Shown here: positions 1-8,702 of the stretch, piece after piece
How positions within the stretch are numbered: the stretch's first letter is position 1
How the letters are laid out: each line of letters begins with the position of its first letter
NCBI GenBank assembly: GCA_964617215.1
Contig: CAZTVL010000004.1
Coordinates: 139,131 to 203,130 of the forward strand
Length of the DNA stretch: 64,000 nt
Origin: an uncultured Solibacteraceae bacterium
Lineage (GTDB): Bacteria > Acidobacteriota > Holophagae > Holophagales > Holophagaceae
Direction: 5' to 3'
The notes under the pieces: generated by a model
What the model saw: only the letters and a program-made list of their open reading frames with translations
Told to the model about the DNA's origin: nothing
Database searches by the model: none
Translations under genes and position numbers: made by a program

Positions 1-128
1 GGATCGGCCTGGGCCTCTCGGAAGGCCGTTTCCAGATCAAGCAGGGGCTGCATGAGGGTCTCGGGGGCATAACAGCCGCCCAAACCCTGGGTGCCGAACC
101 GGGTCGGCAATTCAAACGTCGTGGTCAT
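1..128 (-). CDS. trpB: tryptophan synthase beta subunit, N-terminal fragment (gene runs off the left edge)
   Basis: Reverse translation from the ATG at 128 gives MTTTFELPTRFGTQGLGGCYAPETLMQPLLDLETAF, matching the conserved FGxxGGxYxPETLM start of TrpB. It lies directly downstream of trpF. Confidence 0.8.
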   Translation of the reverse strand, partial: MTTTFELPTRFGTQGLGGCYAPETLMQPLLDLETAFREAQAD

Positions 129-135
129 GGGCATC

Positions 136-774
136 TCAAACGGAAGCGGCTTGGGCGGCTTCGAAGGAACGGAGCGCTTGGAGGAAGTGGCGGACTTTCG
201 CGGGATCTTTCCGGCCGGGGCTGCGTTCCAGCCGGCTCGCGGCGTCCACGCCCCGCAGCCGGTGCAGCACTTCCCCTGGGATGGCGGCCAATCGTTCGCT
301 GAGGTTCTCGCCATCGAGGCCACCGGCTAGCAGGAAAGGCCGGGGCGGAGGATGCACCATGGCATGGGTGCGGCCCGAACCACCCTGAACGCCCGTGGTG
401 CGGGGGCTCGGTTCCCAGAGCAACAGGCCCACTTCGGGATCGCGCTGGCCCGATTCATCCGCCCAAGGGGTGAGCAATTCCAAGCCCTCGGCCAGAAGAC
501 GGCCCAACACATCGGCTCGGCGCACCGCGGGCACGTGGGGTTGCACCCGTCGCAGACCCGAGGCCTCCGCCGCCCGCAGGATCGGATCTGCGGACATGGA
601 CACCATCACCAGCACGCCCCGTTCCGGGGCCACCGAGGCCGCGGCGCGCACGTCCGTGCAGTGCCTCGGGCTGTCGGGGTGCACCACGAACCCCAGCAGG
701 TCGGCCCCGGCCTCCAGGGCCTGGGCCGAATCCGCTTCACATGTGAGGCCACAGACCTTCGCCAGCAAGCTCAT
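136..774 (-). CDS. trpF: phosphoribosylanthranilate isomerase
   Basis: 212-aa ORF. The N-terminus KVCGLTCEADSAQALEAGADLLGFVVHP is typical of PRAI. It overlaps the trpC stop by 4 nt and sits in the trp operon. Confidence 0.85.
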   Translation of the reverse strand: MSLLAKVCGLTCEADSAQALEAGADLLGFVVHPDSPRHCTDVRAAASVAPERGVLVMVSMSADPILRAAEASGLRRVQPHVPAVRRADVLGRLLAEGLELLTPWADESGQRDPEVGLLLWEPSPRTTGVQGGSGRTHAMVHPPPRPFLLAGGLDGENLSERLAAIPGEVLHRLRGVDAASRLERSPGRKDPAKVRHFLQALRSFEAAQAASV

Positions 775-1613
775 ACGGCCTCCTTCTGCAAAGAACCGAA
801 CAGGCGATCCAGGAAGTTGCGGGGGTTGAGGCTGCGCATGAGGGCTTCGCCGATGAGCACCGCATCGAAGCCCGCCTCCAGGGCCCGCCGCGCATCCTCC
901 GGCGTGGCCAATCCGCTCTCGCGGATCAGCACCGCTTCCGGGAAGGCCGCGCGCAGGGGGGCCGCCGTGGGGGCGCCCAGCGTGAAGGTGGCCAGATCCC
1001 GCGCATTGATGCCCACGAGGCGGGCCTGGGCGGCCTGGGCGAGGGGGATCTCCGTGAGGTCGTGCAGCTCCACGAGGGGTTCCAGGCCATAGGCCCGGGC
1101 CGCTTCGGCGAATGCGGCGGTGTGGCCCTTCAGCACCCGGGCGATGAGCAGCACCGCCTCGGCGCCCGTGGCCGCGGCCTCCCGCAGTTGGACTTCGGAG
1201 ACCACGAACCCCTTGTAGAGCCGGGGCACGCCGAGATCGGCGGCGGCTTCGAGGTGGGCCGTTTCCCCATAGAACCAGGCGGGTTCCGTGAGGATGGAGA
1301 AGCAGGCGGCGCCACCATCCTTGTAGAAGCGCAGTTGCCGCTTCAGGGGCGTGCCCAGGGCGAAGGGGCCCAGGGAAGGCGAGCCCTGCTTGTACTCGGC
1401 GATGACGGCCGCGCCCCGCTGCTGAAGGCTGACGCGCAACGCCGATTCAAAGGGGCCGGCTTCGCTGACGGAGCGCGGGCGACGGTCCGTCAATGGCATC
1501 ACCTGCAGCTGGAGCGCCCGCACCAGTTCCGAGGCCACCACGCGCTGCAGGTGGCTGCCCGCAGGCAGCTCCGCGTCCTTGACGAGTTGGATGGGATCCG
1601 GGAGGAGGATCAT
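771..1613 (-). CDS. trpC: indole-3-glycerol phosphate synthase
   Basis: 280-aa ORF with the IAEYKQGSPSLG motif and a TIM-barrel-like remainder. It has 4-nt overlaps with both trpD and trpF. Confidence 0.9.
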   Translation of the reverse strand: MILLPDPIQLVKDAELPAGSHLQRVVASELVRALQLQVMPLTDRRPRSVSEAGPFESALRVSLQQRGAAVIAEYKQGSPSLGPFALGTPLKRQLRFYKDGGAACFSILTEPAWFYGETAHLEAAADLGVPRLYKGFVVSEVQLREAAATGAEAVLLIARVLKGHTAAFAEAARAYGLEPLVELHDLTEIPLAQAAQARLVGINARDLATFTLGAPTAAPLRAAFPEAVLIRESGLATPEDARRALEAGFDAVLIGEALMRSLNPRNFLDRLFGSLQKEAV

Positions 1614-2647
1614 GACCGCACCTCGGCAAGGGAAGGAACGATGGGCGCCTGGAAGCCGGCGGTGAGTTCAGCGCGGAGGAGCTTGAAGGTGGGCGCCAGG
1701 GCCGGAAGGTCCTTGCTGCGGACCAGGAGGAGGCCCAGGGCCGCCTGCAGGGCCACGGCATCGGCCACGGCGGGTCGGAAGGCGGGATCCCCCTGGCCGG
1801 CCATGAGCCCCTTCGCCACGGCCACGGCCTCGGCGCGATCCCGCACCACCAGGGCATCCCGATCGGGCATGGGGATGCCCAGCTCCCGAGGGACGAGCAC
1901 CACCGGGGGCAGCACGCGCCCTTCCACCACAGGCACCACCTTCGTGGGTCCTTCGAGGCTCGCTTCATCCAGGCCCCGGCCTTCGGCATCCCGGCCGTGG
2001 AGCACGAAGGCGCGCGTCACGCCCCGGGCCGCCAGGGCCCCGGCCATGGGCGTCAGCAGCTCCTCCCGGGCCACACCCAACACTTGGTAGGCGGGTCTAG
2101 CGGGATTCAGCAGCGGTCCCAGCAGGTTGAAGATCGTGGGGATGCCCAGCCGTTTGCGGATCTCCTTCAGGCGGCCCAGCAGCGGGTGGTAAGCGGGCGC
2201 AAAGAGGAAGGCGAAGCGGCGCTCTCGGAGGTCCGCGAGGAGTTCGATTTCGGACCGCTCCAGCGGATGCCCCAGGGACTCCAGCAGGTCGGCGCTGCCA
2301 CAGGTGGAGGTGGCGGCCCGGTTGCCGTGCTTGGCCACGGCGATGCCGCGGCTCGCCAGGAAAAGGGCCGCCAACGTGCTGAGGTTCGCGGTGGAGGCTC
2401 CATCGCCGCCGGTGCCGCAGGTGTCGAGGGTCGGTTCAGACGTGCCCGGGAAGGGGCGGGCCACCTCGGTGAGCGCGTCGGCGAAGGCGGTGAGTTCTTC
2501 GGCGGTGGGCGTGCGTTGGGCCAACAGGGCCAGGCACGCGCCCACCAGCAGCGGGTCCGTGTCCTGGTTGATGAAGCGCTCCATCAGATCCCGGGCCACG
2601 TCGGCGGGCAGGGGCTGGATGGGGTTGTGGGTGCGAAGGAGGGTCAT
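1610..2647 (-). CDS. trpD: anthranilate phosphoribosyltransferase
   Basis: 345-aa ORF with DTCGTGGDGASTANLST (the GTGGDG motif) and HGNRAATS. It overlaps trpG and trpC by 4 nt. Confidence 0.9.
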   Translation of the reverse strand: MTLLRTHNPIQPLPADVARDLMERFINQDTDPLLVGACLALLAQRTPTAEELTAFADALTEVARPFPGTSEPTLDTCGTGGDGASTANLSTLAALFLASRGIAVAKHGNRAATSTCGSADLLESLGHPLERSEIELLADLRERRFAFLFAPAYHPLLGRLKEIRKRLGIPTIFNLLGPLLNPARPAYQVLGVAREELLTPMAGALAARGVTRAFVLHGRDAEGRGLDEASLEGPTKVVPVVEGRVLPPVVLVPRELGIPMPDRDALVVRDRAEAVAVAKGLMAGQGDPAFRPAVADAVALQAALGLLLVRSKDLPALAPTFKLLRAELTAGFQAPIVPSLAEVRS

Positions 2648-3231
2648 GTCAGGGCTCTGGAGGTCTGGCCGGCGAGGCGGAGGAAGTTGGCGAGAAGATG
2701 GGGGCCTTGGGGCGTGAGGATGCTTTCCGGATGGAACTGCACCCCCCAGCGGGGAAGGGTTCGGTGGGCCATGGCCTGGATCACGCCATCGCCACTGCGC
2801 GCCGTGATTCGCCAGCAGGCGGGCAGGGTCGCCGGATCCGCCGCGAGGCTGTGGTAGCGGCCCACGGGCAGCCCCTGAGGCAGGCCCTCGAAGAGTCCGT
2901 CGCCCTCGTGGGTGAGGTCACTGGCCTCGCCGTGGAGGGGCTCCGGCGCGTGGCCCACGGTGCCTCCGGTGGCGGCCACCAGGGCCTGGTGCCCGAGGCA
3001 GACTCCCAACATGGGCACGGCCCACTCGGAGCCCGCGATGGCCATGTGGGCGGCGCATTCGGTGGGATGGCCGGGGCCCGGGGAGAGCACCACGGCGGAG
3101 GGATTCAGCGCCTGGGCCTTGGCGAGATCGATCTCATCGAAGCGGCGCACGACCACCTCCTCGCCCAGGGTTTCAAGGGCCTGCACGAGGTTGTAGGTAA
3201 AGGAATCCAGCGCATCGATCAGCAGAATCAT
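2644..3231 (-). CDS. trpG: anthranilate synthase component II (glutamine amidotransferase)
   Basis: 195-aa ORF starting MILLIDALDSFTYNLVQ. It carries the catalytic GVCLGHQ and FHPES motifs of class I amidotransferases. Confidence 0.9.
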   Translation of the reverse strand: MILLIDALDSFTYNLVQALETLGEEVVVRRFDEIDLAKAQALNPSAVVLSPGPGHPTECAAHMAIAGSEWAVPMLGVCLGHQALVAATGGTVGHAPEPLHGEASDLTHEGDGLFEGLPQGLPVGRYHSLAADPATLPACWRITARSGDGVIQAMAHRTLPRWGVQFHPESILTPQGPHLLANFLRLAGQTSRALT

Positions 3232-4625
3232 CGAACCCCCTCGAGGACTTCGGGCTTGGGCAGCACCACGCCCAGCGCCTGGGCTGGCGCGCCCATCTTG
3301 TGCAGCGTTTCCAGATATTCCCGGGTGGGATCCGAGGCCTTCACGACCCCCGCGCCCGCCTGCAGGTAGGCGCGATCGCCCACGAAGGTGACGGTGCGCA
3401 GGATGAGGGCGGAGTCGAGTACACCATCGGCGCCCAGGCGGATCAGCGCGCCCCCGTAGGGGCCGCGGGCTTCGCCCTCCAATTCGGCGATGCGTTGGGC
3501 GGCCCGCAGCTTGGGAGCGCCGCTCACGGTGCCTGCGGGGAAGGCGCTGGCCAGCACGTCCAGGGCATCGAGGCCGGGCTTGATCGTGGCTTTCACGGTG
3601 GTGGTGAGGTGCAGCACGTGGCTCGTGCGCTGCAGGGCCAGGGGCTTCTCCACGCGCACCCCGCCGGGGATGGCCACGCGGCCCAGGTCGTTGCGGGCGA
3701 GGTCCACCAGCATCTGGTGCTCGGCGCGCTCTTTGGGATCGGCCTTGAGGGATTCGAAGCGAGCCGCATCCTCCTCCTCGTTGGCGCCCCGGAGCACGGT
3801 GCCCGCGATGGGCAGGGTCTCCGCTTCGTCCCCGGCCACCCGCACGAGCATTTCGGGGCTCGCGCCGGCCAGGGCGAAACCTGGTTGCTCCAGCAGGAAG
3901 CCGTAGGGGCTGGGGTTCAGCCGGCGGAGGCGACGGTAGGTTTCCAGGGGCGTGGGCGGATCCAGCACCTCCATGCGCTGGCTGGGCACCAGCTGGTACA
4001 CGTCGCCGTCGTGGATGTAGGTCTGCACGCGGCGCACGATGGCCTCGAAGGCCTCCTGGGTTTGCAGGGGACGCAGGCGGGGCTCCGGGCCTCGCACCTC
4101 GCCGGGCAGCATCAGGGTGCGGAGCTGGCGCAGGAGGCCCGAGAGGCGATTCGTGGCCGTGACCTCATCCCGATCCAGCACCTGCAGTTCGGCCACCTGG
4201 TGCAGGTGATCGAAGACGAGGGCCGCATCGAACACCTGGGCCCACACGGCGGGCAGGCCGAGGCTGTCCCGGGCTGGCAGCGGCAGCGTCGCCTCCAGGC
4301 CCGCCAGGGCCTCAAAGCCCACGTAGCCCGCGAGCCCCACGCCCACGGGCAGCGGATCCCGGCCTGTGGGCAGGCCCGCGGGGTCGTGGCGCTGGCCGCC
4401 CTCGAGGGTCGGCGCCAGGGCGCGCAGCGCTTCCACCCAACCCCGGGCCGGGGCCGCGAGGCTCACGGAAGGGCCGCCCTGCAGCAGCACGAAGCTGTGC
4501 CGCCCCACCCGTTCCCCCTGGTCGGCGCTTTCCAGGAGCAGGCTCGCGCCGGCCGGACGCAGGGCCAGGTAGGCGGCCAGGGGCGTCAGCAGGTCGGCGG
4601 GAAGGGTGTGGCGGAGGAGGACCAT
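3228..4625 (-). CDS. trpE: anthranilate synthase component I
   Basis: Chorismate-binding family motifs are present (LLESADQGERVGRHSF, GAGVVKASDP). The ORF-track start at 4643 is a TTG. The ATG at 4625 (MVLLRHTLPADLL) preceded by AGGA is the likelier start. Confidence 0.9.
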   Translation of the reverse strand: MVLLRHTLPADLLTPLAAYLALRPAGASLLLESADQGERVGRHSFVLLQGGPSVSLAAPARGWVEALRALAPTLEGGQRHDPAGLPTGRDPLPVGVGLAGYVGFEALAGLEATLPLPARDSLGLPAVWAQVFDAALVFDHLHQVAELQVLDRDEVTATNRLSGLLRQLRTLMLPGEVRGPEPRLRPLQTQEAFEAIVRRVQTYIHDGDVYQLVPSQRMEVLDPPTPLETYRRLRRLNPSPYGFLLEQPGFALAGASPEMLVRVAGDEAETLPIAGTVLRGANEEEDAARFESLKADPKERAEHQMLVDLARNDLGRVAIPGGVRVEKPLALQRTSHVLHLTTTVKATIKPGLDALDVLASAFPAGTVSGAPKLRAAQRIAELEGEARGPYGGALIRLGADGVLDSALILRTVTFVGDRAYLQAGAGVVKASDPTREYLETLHKMGAPAQALGVVLPKPEVLEGVR

Positions 4626-4636
4626 GGAATTCCTGA

Positions 4637-4667
4637 CAAACAAAAAGCCCGATCCTGGGATCGGGCT
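4637..4667 (-). terminator. intrinsic-terminator-like hairpin in the trpE 5' leader (candidate attenuator)
   Basis: The minus strand reads AGCCCGATC-CCAG-GATCGGGCT followed by TTTTTGTTTG, about 21 nt before the trpE ATG. The next gene upstream (start near 4905) is divergent, so no same-strand gene ends here. Confidence 0.55.
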
Positions 4668-4697
4668 CGGAGGAAGCGGGGACCTTAGGTCTAGGGT

Positions 4698-4790
4698 CTA
4701 GGTGTCCGCGGAAGCCTCCGAGCCGGCATGCCAAAACATGCACCAGCAGGTGCAGTTCATGGAATGGCACATGGCCTGGGAGGTCCGCAT
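4698..4790 (-). CDS. candidate trp leader peptide (30 aa, 2 Trp codons)
   Basis: Hand translation gives MRTSQAMCHSMNCTCWCMFWHAGSEASADT-stop. It ends 30 nt before the leader terminator. The Trp codons are not adjacent and there is no clear SD, so the call is speculative. Confidence 0.2.
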   Translation of the reverse strand: MRTSQAMCHSMNCTCWCMFWHAGSEASADT

Positions 4791-4904
4791 GATTTCAAAA
4801 GTGAACCCAGGGATTCCCACACCTGTCAACCGGAATCCTCCGGGATCAAGTCGCACCTGGATCCGATGGGCGAGGTAGCATGGTGCTTCATTACCGGACG
4901 CCGC

Positions 4905-5840
4905 ATGGACCTCGCACCGCCGCCTTCCCCGCTCGACCTCGACGAGACGCTCTCACCGAAGGGGCCCTGGAGCTTCCTGCGGGCCTCGCTGCCCGGTGGT
5001 TTCAGTGGGCCCGGCCTCGGCCTGATCCTGGGCTGGCTGTTGGCCTCCCTTCCGCCGTCCTTCTTCCTGGCCCGACATCTGGTGGGCCTCGCGGGGCACA
5101 GCGGCATGCCCGTGCATTGGGGTGAGCGGCTCGATGCGAAGGAGCTGATGGAGCTCTGGTGGAACGGCGATTGGCGGCATCAGCCCCTGCCCGCCTGGGC
5201 CCTCGTCTTCCTGCTCTTGGGTCTCGGCATCGCCCTCTGGAGCGGCTGGAAAATGCAGGCGGAGCGCCTGAACCGCGAGGCCACCTTCGGCCCCTGGTTC
5301 AAGGGAGCGCTCGAAGCCGTCCTCCTGGGCCCCCTGCCCCTCTACCTGCCCGTCCTGGTGGGCATCTTCCTGCTCAAGATCTTCGGCGAGCGGGGCATCG
5401 ATTCCTTCGCGTGGCTCCTCTTCATTTTCCGGCCCCTGTTCTGGTTCGCCGGGAGCGGCGCCTGCTTCCTGCAGTGGGCCCTGCTGCGCGTGGCGCGGCT
5501 GGATCCCGAGCGCGGCGGCTGGTTCAGGCACCTCGGCCACAGTTTTCAGCGCCTCTGGTTGCACCCCCTCCAATGGGGCGCCCTGATCCTCGGGGGATCG
5601 GCCCTTCGCTTGCTCCTGCACGGCGCGGCCCTCGTCCTCGGCTGGCGCATGGGTGGCGCCACCCTGGGCCGGGTGTGGATGCTGGTGCTCCTGCAGCTCA
5701 TCGCCGTGGTGGCCAGCGCCTGGACCTTGGGGTGGGTGCTTCGCGTGGTGGCCCTGTTCACCGTGCACGATGCTTACATCCGCCGCGAACGCGCCGCCTT
5801 GGAAGCGGCCGTCCACCATGGTGAACCCATTGAAGCGTAA
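4905..5840 (+). CDS. polytopic membrane protein, unknown function
   Basis: Frame of ORF 4728..5840. It has several long hydrophobic segments (LGLILGWLLASL, WALVFLLLGLGIALW, LPLYLPVLVGIFLL, WMLVLLQLIAVVASAW). The start is uncertain, with in-frame ATGs at 4728, 4866 and 4905. Confidence 0.55.
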   Translation: MDLAPPPSPLDLDETLSPKGPWSFLRASLPGGFSGPGLGLILGWLLASLPPSFFLARHLVGLAGHSGMPVHWGERLDAKELMELWWNGDWRHQPLPAWALVFLLLGLGIALWSGWKMQAERLNREATFGPWFKGALEAVLLGPLPLYLPVLVGIFLLKIFGERGIDSFAWLLFIFRPLFWFAGSGACFLQWALLRVARLDPERGGWFRHLGHSFQRLWLHPLQWGALILGGSALRLLLHGAALVLGWRMGGATLGRVWMLVLLQLIAVVASAWTLGWVLRVVALFTVHDAYIRRERAALEAAVHHGEPIEA

Positions 5841-6663
5841 CGCCGCACTCGCCCTCGTCCTCCTCACGGCCTGCCGGACGCAGGCTCCGGTGGCCGTGCC
5901 GGTGGCTGCGCGCCCCGCACCGTCCGCCCTGGGCTCCGCGGCCGTCGTGCCCGTCAACGCCACCATTGAGGAGGATCCCGACCTCAAGGCCTTCATCGCC
6001 CCCCGCACGCAGGAAGTGAGGGCCCTGGCCGAAATGCCCCTCGTGGAAGCCCCCCAGGGCCTCTACCGGGGCGGCAACGGGCAGGAGCACCTGCTCGGGT
6101 ACTGGATCTGCGATGCCATCCGCACCCGGGCCTCCCAGGTGAGCGGCACCGAGGTGGCCTTCGCCATTGCGAACCGCGGCGGCGTGCGGGCCAACCTCAA
6201 GCCGGGCATGTTGAAGGTCGGCGACATCTTCGAAGTGATGCCCTTCGAGAACGAAGTCATCGTGGTCGATCTCACCGGCGCGGAAATCATCCAGGTGGTG
6301 CGCGAAGGCCTTCAATCCCGGGCGGGTGAACCCATCTCCGGCGTGAAGGTCACCGTGGACGGGCCGCCGAACCAGGCGACCATGTCCGTCACCTGGGCCG
6401 ATGGCCGACCCATCGATCCGAAAGCCACGGTGCGAGTCGCCACCAGCGACTACCTCTACGGCAGCGGGGATTCCATGCCCACCCTCCGCAAGGGGCGGAA
6501 CCCTTTCACAACCGGCCTCACCATCCGGCAGGTCTTGCTGGATGTCTGCAAGAACCTGAACGAACAGCACCAGCCTCTCCTCCCGCCCCCGGCTGGCCGA
6601 TACGTGCTTTCAGCGTCGATCCAGGACGCCATCTCCAAGCGCCAACCTCTCCGGATTCCCTGA
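5818..6663 (+). CDS. 5'-nucleotidase C-terminal (substrate-binding) domain lipoprotein
   Basis: From the internal ATG of ORF 5653..6663. MVNPLKRNAALALVLLTAC is a lipobox signal. GGVRANLKPGMLKVGDIFEVMPFENEVIVVDLTG is typical of the 5'-nucleotidase C-terminal domain. Confidence 0.8.
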   Translation: MVNPLKRNAALALVLLTACRTQAPVAVPVAARPAPSALGSAAVVPVNATIEEDPDLKAFIAPRTQEVRALAEMPLVEAPQGLYRGGNGQEHLLGYWICDAIRTRASQVSGTEVAFAIANRGGVRANLKPGMLKVGDIFEVMPFENEVIVVDLTGAEIIQVVREGLQSRAGEPISGVKVTVDGPPNQATMSVTWADGRPIDPKATVRVATSDYLYGSGDSMPTLRKGRNPFTTGLTIRQVLLDVCKNLNEQHQPLLPPPAGRYVLSASIQDAISKRQPLRIP

Positions 6664-7583
6664 TGGAACGCCGCACCTTCCTCGCCTCCCTCGCCGCTGC
6701 GGGCGCCTTCACGGCCGCCCGCGCCAAGACGCCCGCCACTGGTCGTCTCACCCTGCTGCATACCAACGACACCCACAGCCGCGTGGAACCCTTCGGCCCC
6801 GGCAATGGCAACCTCTCCGGTCTGGGAGGCATGGCCCGCCGCGCCACCTTGGTGAAGCGCCTGCGAACCGAGCTGGATTCGGTGTTGCTGCTGGACGCGG
6901 GCGATACCTTCCAGGGCACGCCCTACTTCAACCTCTGGCGAGGCCGGTTGGATTACCAGCTCATGCGGATGATCGGCTACGACGTCGTCACCCTGGGCAA
7001 TCACGATTTCGATAACGGCGTGGCGCCCCTGGTGGAAGCCATCGAGGGCATGCGCGGCATGAACCACAAGCACGCCCCCTTCGAGTTCGTGAACTGCAAC
7101 TTCGATAGCCAGGGCGCACCGGAGCTGGGCCGTCACCTGAACCCCTTCCTCGTGAAGGAATTCCCGGGTCTGCGCGTGGGGCTCACCGGCGTGGGCGTGG
7201 CCTTCCAGGGCCTCGTGGCCCCCACCAATCACAAGGGCCTCCGCTGGATTGAACCCGATCAGGCCCTGCGCCCCATCGTGGATCGCCTCCGCACCCAGGA
7301 ACGCTGCGACGTGGTGGTGCTGCTGAGCCACCTGGGCTACGACAATCAGGGCCATGCCTGGGACGATCTGCGCCTGGCCAAGGCCGTTCCCGGCATCGAT
7401 GTGATCATCGGCGGCCACAGCCACACCTTCCTGGAAGCCCCCGTGAAGGTGGCCCGGGAAGGGGGCGAGACCCACATCAACCAGGTGGGCTTCGCCGGGG
7501 TGAACCTGGGCCGCATGGATCTCACCGTGGCCAGGGGCCAGCTGCGGGCCGCCTCGGGGCTCGCCCTTCCCATCCGGGCCTGA
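6663..7583 (+). CDS. metallophosphoesterase (5'-nucleotidase N-terminal catalytic domain), Tat-signal
   Basis: MERRTFLASLAAAGAFTAARA has a twin-arginine signal. LLHTNDTHSR, DAGDTFQGT and GNHDFDNG are calcineurin-like phosphoesterase motifs. There is a TGATG overlap with the preceding ORF. Confidence 0.85.
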   Translation: MERRTFLASLAAAGAFTAARAKTPATGRLTLLHTNDTHSRVEPFGPGNGNLSGLGGMARRATLVKRLRTELDSVLLLDAGDTFQGTPYFNLWRGRLDYQLMRMIGYDVVTLGNHDFDNGVAPLVEAIEGMRGMNHKHAPFEFVNCNFDSQGAPELGRHLNPFLVKEFPGLRVGLTGVGVAFQGLVAPTNHKGLRWIEPDQALRPIVDRLRTQERCDVVVLLSHLGYDNQGHAWDDLRLAKAVPGIDVIIGGHSHTFLEAPVKVAREGGETHINQVGFAGVNLGRMDLTVARGQLRAASGLALPIRA

Positions 7584-7585
7584 GC

Positions 7586-7795
7586 ATGGGCGGGTCGCAC
7601 GAACCAGATTTCTACCTGGAGCGGGGCTTCCGGGTGACCACCGCCGCCTGCCACCTGCGCCGGGGCGAATGTTGCGGGTGCGGGTGCCGCCACTGCCCCT
7701 TCGATCCCGGGGGCGTGCGGGGCACCACCCGGGTGCGCCCGGAGTTCCGCCAGCTGGCCCATGACCTGCGGGGTTCCAATCACCCGGAGCCTTGA
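7586..7795 (+). CDS. small Cys-rich protein, DUF5522-like
   Basis: 69-aa ORF. FYLERGFRVTTAACHLRRGECCGCGCRHCPFDP matches my recollection of the DUF5522 signature (HLxRGxCCGxGCRHCPY). Confidence 0.65.
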   Translation: MGGSHEPDFYLERGFRVTTAACHLRRGECCGCGCRHCPFDPGGVRGTTRVRPEFRQLAHDLRGSNHPEP

Positions 7796-7800
7796 GCCGG

Positions 7801-8544
7801 TTACTTCGCCAGCTCCTTCACCAGCTGGGGTCCGCCCAGTTGCTCCATCTGCCGGAGGATCCAAGCCTGGCGGCCCCGGATGTACTCGCTGGGGGCATCC
7901 ACTCGGAATCGATGGGGGTTCGGAAGCACGGCGGCCAACAGTGCAGCCTCGCTGTTCGTCAGGCGCTTCGCGGGTTTATGGAAGTAGGTCTGACTGGCCG
8001 CCTCCACGCCGTAGAGCCCATCGCCGAATTCCACGATGTTCAGGTAGACCTCCAGGATCCGCCGCTTGGACCACCCGGCTTCCAGGGCCAATGTGAACCA
8101 GACTTCGAAGCCCTTCCGCACCCAGGAGCGGGAGGACCAAAGGAAGAGGTTCTTGGCCGTCTGCTGGGAGAGGGTGGAGGCCCCGCGTTTGCGGCGGCTC
8201 CGTTCGTTGTGGCTCACGGCCTTTTCGATGGCATTCCAATCGAAGCCGAAGTGCTCCGCAAAGAGCTGATCCTCCGCCGCGATCACCGCCACGCCCATGG
8301 CCGGGCTGATCTCCTCCAACGGCACCCAGGCGTGGCGACTCTGGTAGGGCTCCTTGGAGAACCAGGATTCGACGCGGCGCTCCACCATCAGCGCCGAAGC
8401 CGGCACGGGCACGAAGCGGAAGAGGAGCACCAGGAAGATCGAGAGGGCCACGAAGGCCAGCCCCGCCTTCATGAGCCATCCCCCCATGCGGCGGAGGATC
8501 CCCTTCCGCCTCGGTGCGCTTGAACCCTGCTTGGACTTGCCCAC
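7801..8544 (-). CDS. mtgA: monofunctional peptidoglycan glycosyltransferase
   Basis: 247-aa ORF with an N-terminal TM segment. [15 protein letters not shown] and [13 protein letters not shown] are GT51 transglycosylase motifs. There is no transpeptidase domain. Confidence 0.85.
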   Translation of the reverse strand: MGKSKQGSSAPRRKGILRRMGGWLMKAGLAFVALSIFLVLLFRFVPVPASALMVERRVESWFSKEPYQSRHAWVPLEEISPAMGVAVIAAEDQLFAEHFGFDWNAIEKAVSHNERSRRKRGASTLSQQTAKNLFLWSSRSWVRKGFEVWFTLALEAGWSKRRILEVYLNIVEFGDGLYGVEAASQTYFHKPAKRLTNSEAALLAAVLPNPHRFRVDAPSEYIRGRQAWILRQMEQLGGPQLVKELAK

Positions 8545-8702
8545 TTCGCCGATCCTCCACCCCCAGTGATGAAGCCTGAAGGGTGGGGACAGAGGCCCAT
8601 TCGGCAGATTCCATTCTGCCTCAGCCCGGGCCCGCGGGTTCCCGGCCGATACGCCCCAGTCCCCTCTAACCCATCGGACAGGGGCCCCGTACCCTGGGAA
8701 CG

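Noticed and set aside
3300-4688. Long antisense ORFs opposite well-supported genes. Examples: 3300-4688(+), 10427-11716(-), 13486-14856(-), 19006-20961(-), 21196-22350(-), 24785-26578(+), 29983-31545(+), 36891-38357(+), 38129-40042(-), 54024-55025(+), 55941-56897(+), 58267-59199(+), 60000-61721(+), 61718-63370(+).
   Set aside because: Their translations are low-complexity and rich in Gly/Arg/Ala/His/Pro, with no motifs. Each mirrors a gene with strong family signatures on the other strand. These are typical shadow ORFs of high-GC DNA.
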